A DNA stretch of 64,000 bases from Cytophagales bacterium (lineage in GTDB: Bacteria > Bacteroidota > Bacteroidia > Cytophagales > Spirosomataceae): NCBI GenBank assembly GCA_038230755.1, contig JBBRMP010000002.1, positions 4,100 through 68,099 on the forward strand. Direction: 5' to 3'. The position numbers and the translations under genes are program-made. The notes below the pieces were generated by a model. It was not told the origin of the DNA, ran no database searches, and was given only the letters and a program-made list of their open reading frames with translations. Below, one piece after another: positions 58,117 through 64,000 of the stretch (position 1 is the first letter of the stretch; each line of letters begins with the position of its first letter).

Positions 58117-61100
58117 GTGAAAGACTATATACGCCCCATCCAACGCCTGCTGATTGCCAACCGGGGCGAAATCGCCATCCGCATCATGCGGGCCGCCACC
58201 GAGCTAGGCATCACCACCGTGGCCGTCTACACCTACGAAGACCGCTATTCGCTGCACCGCTACAAAGCCGACGAAGCCTATCAGATTGGGCGCGACGATG
58301 AGCCACTAAAGCCATATCTGGACATTGAGGGGCTGATTTTGCTGGCCAAAAGCAAGAAGATCGACGCCATCCATCCGGGCTACGGATTCCTTTCCGAAAA
58401 TGTAACATTGGCCCGCCGCTGCCGCGACGAAAACATCATTTTTGTGGGTCCCACGCCCGAAGCCATGGAAGCCCTCGGCGATAAAGTCCGGGCGAAAAAC
58501 CTGGCCACCAAAGCAGGCGTGCCCCTCATTCCCGACTCGCGCGAAGAAAATATGTCGCCCGAATTTGCGGCGCAGGAAGCCGCCCGCATTGGCTACCCCG
58601 TCATGGTGAAAGCCGCCGCTGGTGGGGGTGGCCGGGGCATGCGCGTGGTACGCGAAGCCGACGAGTTCGAGCGGGCATTCACCGAAGCCAAAAACGAAGC
58701 CCGCAATGCCTTCGGCGACGATACGATCTTCCTCGAAAAATTCGTCGAAAACCCCAAACACATTGAAGTTCAGTTACTTGGCGACACCCATGGCAACCTC
58801 ATTCACCTATACGAACGTGACTGCTCAGTACAGCGGCGGTTCCAGAAAGTGGTGGAAGTAGCCCCGTCGTTTGGTCTGAAACAAGCCACCCGCGACCAGC
58901 TCTATGCCTACGCCCTGAAAATTGGCAGGACGGCGGGCTACAGCAACGCGGGCACGGTGGAGTTTCTGGTGGATGCCGAGGAGAACATTTATTTCATCGA
59001 AGTGAACCCCCGCATTCAGGTTGAACACACGATAACGGAGGAAGTGACGGGCATTGATTTGGTGCGGTCGCAGATTCTGGTGGCGATGGGCTACAAACTG
59101 TCCGACAACGGGATATATATCAACCACCAGGACGAGGTACCGCTCAACGGCTACGCCATTCAGTGCCGGATCACCACCGAAGACCCCGCCAACGGCTTTA
59201 AACCCGATTTTGGTACCATTATCGCCTACCGCAATGCCGCCGGTTTCGGCATCCGCCTCGACGAGGGCAGCAGCTACCCCGGTGTGAAAATCTCGCCCTA
59301 TTTCGACTCCATGATCGTGAAGGTGTCGGCGCGGGGGCGTACGTTGCGCGGGGCTACCCAACGCCTGCAACTGGCGCTGGTCGAGTTCCGAATCCGGGGC
59401 GTGAAGACCAACATTCCGTTTCTGATGAACGTCATCGACCACCCTGTCTTCAAGCGGGGCGAGGCGCGGGTGGGGTTCATCGAAAATCACCCTGAACTCT
59501 TCAAACTCCGCAAGCCACAAGACCGGTCTACAAAGGTGCTGCGCTACCTCGGCGAGGTGATCGTGAACGGCAACCCGGAGGTAAAGAAGCGAGACGACAG
59601 CAAGGTGTTCCGCACACCGGTGGTGCCCGTTTTCGACCTGTACGCCCCCCACCCCTACGGCAACCGCGACCGACTGAACGATCTTGGCCGTGAAGGATTT
59701 GCCGCCTGGGTGAAGGACCAAAAATCAATCCTGTATACCGACACCACCTTCCGTGACGGGCATCAATCGTTGCTGGCTACGCGGGTGCGGACGCAGGATT
59801 TACAACGGGTAGCCGAAGGATTTTCAAAAGCCCATCCCGACCTGTTTTCGATGGAAGTGTGGGGCGGCGCGACCTTCGATGTGTCGATGCGGTTTTTGTA
59901 CGAAAGCCCTTGGAAACGCCTCGAAGCCCTCCGCGAAGCCATGCCCAACATGCTCCTACAGATGCTGTTTCGGGGGTCAAACGCGGTGGGTTATTCCGCT
60001 TACCCAGACAATCTGATTGAGAAGTTCGTGGAGAAATCCGCCGAATCAGGCATCGACGTGTTCCGCATTTTCGACTCGCTCAACTGGGTCGAAGCCATGA
60101 AAGTAAGCATCCGCGCCGTCCGCGAACGCACCAACGCCATTGCCGAAGCCGCCATCTGCTACACCGGCATCGACGAGAAATACACGCTGCAATATTACCT
60201 CGACATGGCCCGGCAGTTGGAAGACGAAGGGTCGCACATGCTGTGTATCAAAGACATGGCCGGATTACTTAAGCCACTAGACGCCAGTTTATTAGTCGGT
60301 GAGTTGAAGAAGGCGCTGAGCATTCCCATTCACCTGCACACCCACGACACGGCGGGTATTCAGGCGGCCACGTACCTGAAAGCCATCGACGCGGGCGTCG
60401 ACATCGTCGACTGCGCGTTGGGTGCGTTGTCGGGCCTTACGTCGCAGCCGAATTTCAATTCGGTAGTGGCCATGATGCAGGAGCACGAGCGCGAATGCCC
60501 GGTCGATCTGCCCTCGCTGAATGCCTATTCCAACTACTGGGAAGACGTGCGGGAATATTACTATCCGTTCGAGAGCGGCATGAAAGCGGGTAGCGCGGAG
60601 GTCTACGAAAACGAGATTCCCGGCGGGCAGTATTCCAACCTGAAACCACAGGCCATCGCCACAGGCCTCGGCGACAAATTTGAGCTGCTGAAAAAAAATT
60701 ATTCCGTTGCCAATCAACTCTTTGGCAACATCGTGAAGGTGACACCCTCCTCGAAAGTGGTGGGCGACATGGCCATTTTCATGACCGCCAACAACCTCAC
60801 GGCCGAAGACGTACTGGAGCGTGGCGAGGGGCTGTCCTTCCCCGAATCGGTGAAGGAGTTAATGAAAGGGATTTTGGGCCAACCCTACGGTGGTTTCCCG
60901 GAGAACATTCAGAAAGCCGTATTGAAAGGCGAAGCACCCATCACAGGCCGCCCCAACGAGCACCTCGCCCCGATTGATTTCGACGCTGATTTCGCCAACT
61001 TCCAGACCGAATTTCCGCACAGCGACGGCTTCCTCGACTATTTGTCGTACAAAATGTACCCCAAAGTCTACGAGGACTACTACAAGGCGGTAGACCAATA

Positions 61101-61548
61101 CGGCGATGTGAGCATCATTCCGACGCCCGCATTTTTCTACGGCCTCAAGCCCAACGAAGAGATTTTGGTAGCCATTGCCGAGGGCAAAAACATTCTGGTC
61201 CGCCTGCTGTTCATGGCCGAAGCCGACGACTACGGCATGCGCACCATCACGTTTGAACTGAACGGCCAAAGTCGGCAGGTACGTGTACGCGACAGGGCAC
61301 TGAAGGTGGAGAAAGCCCGCAACCAGAAAATCGGCAAACCCGGCGACGTGGGCGCTCCTTTGCAGGGCCGCTTAACCAAAATCATGGTCAAACCCGGCGA
61401 CGTGGTGAAGAAAAACCAGCCCCTGTTTGTGATCGAAGCCATGAAGATGGAAAGCATCGTGGCCGCCCAACAGCCCGGCACCGTGAAGCAGGTATTGTTG
61501 ACAGAAAACACCACCGTCGAGCAGGACGATTGGGTAGTAGAATTTTAA
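58117..61548 (+). CDS. pyc: Pyruvate carboxylase
   Basis: ANRGEIA, RDCSVQRR, FRDGHQS, KVTPSSK, EAMKM biotin site; GTG start. Confidence 0.98.
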   Translation: MKDYIRPIQRLLIANRGEIAIRIMRAATELGITTVAVYTYEDRYSLHRYKADEAYQIGRDDEPLKPYLDIEGLILLAKSKKIDAIHPGYGFLSENVTLARRCRDENIIFVGPTPEAMEALGDKVRAKNLATKAGVPLIPDSREENMSPEFAAQEAARIGYPVMVKAAAGGGGRGMRVVREADEFERAFTEAKNEARNAFGDDTIFLEKFVENPKHIEVQLLGDTHGNLIHLYERDCSVQRRFQKVVEVAPSFGLKQATRDQLYAYALKIGRTAGYSNAGTVEFLVDAEENIYFIEVNPRIQVEHTITEEVTGIDLVRSQILVAMGYKLSDNGIYINHQDEVPLNGYAIQCRITTEDPANGFKPDFGTIIAYRNAAGFGIRLDEGSSYPGVKISPYFDSMIVKVSARGRTLRGATQRLQLALVEFRIRGVKTNIPFLMNVIDHPVFKRGEARVGFIENHPELFKLRKPQDRSTKVLRYLGEVIVNGNPEVKKRDDSKVFRTPVVPVFDLYAPHPYGNRDRLNDLGREGFAAWVKDQKSILYTDTTFRDGHQSLLATRVRTQDLQRVAEGFSKAHPDLFSMEVWGGATFDVSMRFLYESPWKRLEALREAMPNMLLQMLFRGSNAVGYSAYPDNLIEKFVEKSAESGIDVFRIFDSLNWVEAMKVSIRAVRERTNAIAEAAICYTGIDEKYTLQYYLDMARQLEDEGSHMLCIKDMAGLLKPLDASLLVGELKKALSIPIHLHTHDTAGIQAATYLKAIDAGVDIVDCALGALSGLTSQPNFNSVVAMMQEHERECPVDLPSLNAYSNYWEDVREYYYPFESGMKAGSAEVYENEIPGGQYSNLKPQAIATGLGDKFELLKKNYSVANQLFGNIVKVTPSSKVVGDMAIFMTANNLTAEDVLERGEGLSFPESVKELMKGILGQPYGGFPENIQKAVLKGEAPITGRPNEHLAPIDFDADFANFQTEFPHSDGFLDYLSYKMYPKVYEDYYKAVDQYGDVSIIPTPAFFYGLKPNEEILVAIAEGKNILVRLLFMAEADDYGMRTITFELNGQSRQVRVRDRALKVEKARNQKIGKPGDVGAPLQGRLTKIMVKPGDVVKKNQPLFVIEAMKMESIVAAQQPGTVKQVLLTENTTVEQDDWVVEF

Positions 61549-63011
61549 TTCTCCCCTATCACCTCGCTGCCAATTCGTAGCGTACCGTCTACCAGTATAT
61601 CCAGGTCGGCCAACGTGGTGCGGTGGTTGATGTGGGCCACCCGGATAGCGTAGTGGCCATTCAAAATGGTGTATGACGGGGTGGCAATGCCCTGCTCCTG
61701 AAGGCGCATCAGGATTTCTTTATTCAGCGCATTCAACGAATCGGTGTCGCGGCCATCGCGGGGGTTGAACCGGTAACAGACAATGTTCATGGGTGCAGGG
61801 GCTAACAAATCCAGTGCTGGCTCACTATCAATACGTTGGACCAGATACCGCGCCTGGTCAATGTTTTGCTCGATGACCGCGCTGAGGTGGTCGATGCCAA
61901 ACGTTTTGATACTCATCCAGACTTTCAGCGCCTTGAACCCACGCGACAATTCGATGCCGTAATTACTGAGCGAGTCGGGGCCGCTGGCCAGCCCGCGATC
62001 ATGGCGGGCCAGGTAGCTGGGTGTCATAGCGAAGGTAGCCCGGTGCATGGCGGCGTCCCGAATCAGCACACAACCCACCTCATAGGGCATGGAGAGCCAT
62101 TTGTGCAGGTCGAAGGCTACGCTGTCGGCGCGTTCGATGGCCTTTAGCGCATCAGCATAGGCAGGCACCAGTTTGGCCAACGCGCCAAAGGCCCCGTCGA
62201 TGTGAAACCACATACCATACTGCTGGCAGAGGTCGGCCATGTCATCGAGTGGGTCAATGGCTCCGGTGTTAACGGTTCCGGCGTTGCCGACCACGCAAAA
62301 CGGGTGCAGCCCGGCGGCCAGATCAGCGTCGATCATAGTTTGCAGCGCGGTCAGGTCCAGCTGATAATCAGCATTGACCGGCACCTTGCGCATGGCCTCG
62401 CTACCCAGGCCCATTACCTCGACTGCTTTTTGTACACAACTATGTGCCTCCGTCGACGTGTAGAGTACCAATGGCCGTTCCGTACCCCGCACGCCCAGCT
62501 TCCTGATGCGCTGCTGATCAGCCGAATGACGAGCTACGAGCAAGCCCGTGAGGTTGGCCATCGTGGCCCCGCTGACGAGCATACCGCTGGCTGTTTCGGG
62601 AAAATTCATCAGTGCCTTGCACCAGTCAATCACCTGTTTGTCAACGTACATGGCCGCGTGATCACCGATGGTCACGTTGGGTGTCATGCCCGACGCCAGC
62701 ATGTCGGCCAGCATACCGAGGGGGGTACCGGTGGTTTGTACCCACGAGAAAAAACGGGGGTGAATATTACCATTATTATAGGGCAAAATGTACTGCAAAA
62801 ATTCGGCGTAGACGGCCTCGGCGGGTTGTCCTTGCCGGGGCAGCGGCTGCGCCAGGTGGGCTTTCACGTCGTTAGTGGGCTGTTTCCAGGCGGGTTGCTC
62901 ACCAATATGCTGCAGATAGTCGAACATATCGTCGACCATGCGGTGGCCCAGGATGCGGAGGTCGTCCCAGTTTTCGGGGTCGAGCGAAACGGTGGTTTGT
63001 TGGGTAGTCAT
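61545..63011 (-). CDS. Group II PLP-dependent decarboxylase
   Basis: HPRFF, SGATMAN, HIDGAFG, DLHKW. Confidence 0.9.
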   Translation of the reverse strand: MTTQQTTVSLDPENWDDLRILGHRMVDDMFDYLQHIGEQPAWKQPTNDVKAHLAQPLPRQGQPAEAVYAEFLQYILPYNNGNIHPRFFSWVQTTGTPLGMLADMLASGMTPNVTIGDHAAMYVDKQVIDWCKALMNFPETASGMLVSGATMANLTGLLVARHSADQQRIRKLGVRGTERPLVLYTSTEAHSCVQKAVEVMGLGSEAMRKVPVNADYQLDLTALQTMIDADLAAGLHPFCVVGNAGTVNTGAIDPLDDMADLCQQYGMWFHIDGAFGALAKLVPAYADALKAIERADSVAFDLHKWLSMPYEVGCVLIRDAAMHRATFAMTPSYLARHDRGLASGPDSLSNYGIELSRGFKALKVWMSIKTFGIDHLSAVIEQNIDQARYLVQRIDSEPALDLLAPAPMNIVCYRFNPRDGRDTDSLNALNKEILMRLQEQGIATPSYTILNGHYAIRVAHINHRTTLADLDILVDGTLRIGSEVIGEN

Positions 63012-63033
63012 ATGGACTGGCAAGTTAGCTTTT

Positions 63034-63888
63034 CTACCGAAAGCGCTGGGCCGCTTCCCAGCCGAGCATGGCCTGTTTGCGGGCTAGGCCCCAGCGATAA
63101 CCCCCAAAAAGGCCCATTTTTTTGATGACGCGGTGGCACGGGATCAGGTAGCCAATGGGGTTGCTGCCGATGGCCGTTCCCACCGCCCGCGACGCCGTGG
63201 GCTGGCCAATGGCGTCGGCAATCTGGTCGTAGCTCACCAGGGCTCCCTCCGGAATTTTTAGCAACGCCTCCCACACTTTCAACTGAAATGTCGACCCACG
63301 CATCAGCACCGAAACTTTCAGCGAACTCCCTGTTAATGAATTAGTTACTCTTTCACCAAAAACGGTGTCGGCCAGCGTTTGCAGGCCAGCGGGGTCATGC
63401 CTCAGCGTAGCATTGAGCCAGGCTTGTTGCACAACAGTTTCGGGCAAATCGGCTTCGGTCAGAAATTGAAGCACCGCAATTTTCCCGTCGATGGCCCCCA
63501 GCACATAAGCACCAAACCGGCTCTCGAACTGGCCATAGGTCAGCGTCAGTCCCGCACCTGCCTGTTTGTATTGCCCCGGCGTGACGCCTTCAATCGTTAC
63601 AAACAAATCGTGCAGCCGCCCCGTGCCCGACAGGCCCGCGTCGTGGGCGGTATCGAGCAGCGTCTGGCCCGCGCGGAGCTGCGTTTTGGCATAGTCGAGG
63701 GTGAGAAACTGCCCAAATTTCTTGGGACTCATGCCCGCCCATTCTGAAAAAAGACGCTGGAAATGGTACTCACTCAGGTTAGCCCGCTCAGCGAGTTCGG
63801 CCAGCGAGGGCTGCTGCTGAAAATGGGTCGACAGGTGTTCAATGGCACCGGCAATTTGCGCGTAGGTATATGGTGAAGCGGTCTGCAT
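63034..63888 (-). CDS. AraC-HTH / methylated-DNA-protein-cysteine methyltransferase (Ada-like)
   Basis: HFQRLFSEWAG HTH, FQLKVWEAL, RAVGTA, IPCHRV. Confidence 0.92.
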   Translation of the reverse strand: MQTASPYTYAQIAGAIEHLSTHFQQQPSLAELAERANLSEYHFQRLFSEWAGMSPKKFGQFLTLDYAKTQLRAGQTLLDTAHDAGLSGTGRLHDLFVTIEGVTPGQYKQAGAGLTLTYGQFESRFGAYVLGAIDGKIAVLQFLTEADLPETVVQQAWLNATLRHDPAGLQTLADTVFGERVTNSLTGSSLKVSVLMRGSTFQLKVWEALLKIPEGALVSYDQIADAIGQPTASRAVGTAIGSNPIGYLIPCHRVIKKMGLFGGYRWGLARKQAMLGWEAAQRFR

Positions 63889-64000
63889 AACGGTCTGTTT
63901 GTTACCCCCAAAAGTCGCTGTTTGTGAGGGCGCATTCAACCCGATTCTTGCGGAAAGGGGACAGTGTTCAAGGTCCAGCGCTGACCGTTAGACCTTGACC

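Noticed and set aside
64-63747. Many overlapping antisense or alternate-frame ORFs in the track (e.g. 684-1667, 2433-3335, 10419-11351, 36288-37148, 50918-51937, 58825-59721, 62202-63125)
   Set aside because: They shadow clearly identified genes in GC-rich coding DNA and show no recognisable motifs.
61545-63888. Functional link between the Ada-like gene and the PLP decarboxylase
   Set aside because: Only adjacency supports it; there are no accompanying biosynthetic genes.

Overview
A 64 kb chromosomal window from a Bacteroidota genome, probably Cytophagales of the Fibrella/Spirosoma type. This is inferred from SusC/SusD pairs, TAnnTTTG promoters, a three-domain IspG and periodic intergenic hairpins. 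1-13.6 kb is mostly housekeeping: rnz, STAS, purC, thiolase, Bat-like TPR/vWA, tRNA-Ser/Pro/Arg, a small patch of decayed genes, LOG, ispG and a GHMP kinase. 13.8-17.5 kb is an uncharacterised four-gene operon and the best candidate for an undescribed system. It encodes a coiled-coil protein, a membrane-anchored PspA/ESCRT-III-like protein, a membrane-tethered Ppx/GppA(ASKHA)-like protein and a multi-TM protein. 17.5-58 kb is accessory DNA: an RND efflux operon, an NmrA pseudogene cut by an IS3 end, a RES-Xre toxin-antitoxin pair and a 30.6 kb sialoglycan utilisation island. The island carries two SusCD pairs, a GH33 sialidase, an O-acetylesterase, NanM/T/A/E, a GntR regulator, three GH20s, a GH123-like enzyme, a sulfatase, and dead GH31 and GDSL genes. 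It is bracketed by a matching pair of IS3-type inverted repeats with no transposase inside. Two TA-flanked MITEs and a decayed IS3 are also present. The window ends with pyc, a PLP-dependent decarboxylase and an Ada-like gene. All protein calls come from motif recognition by eye; no database searches were run.
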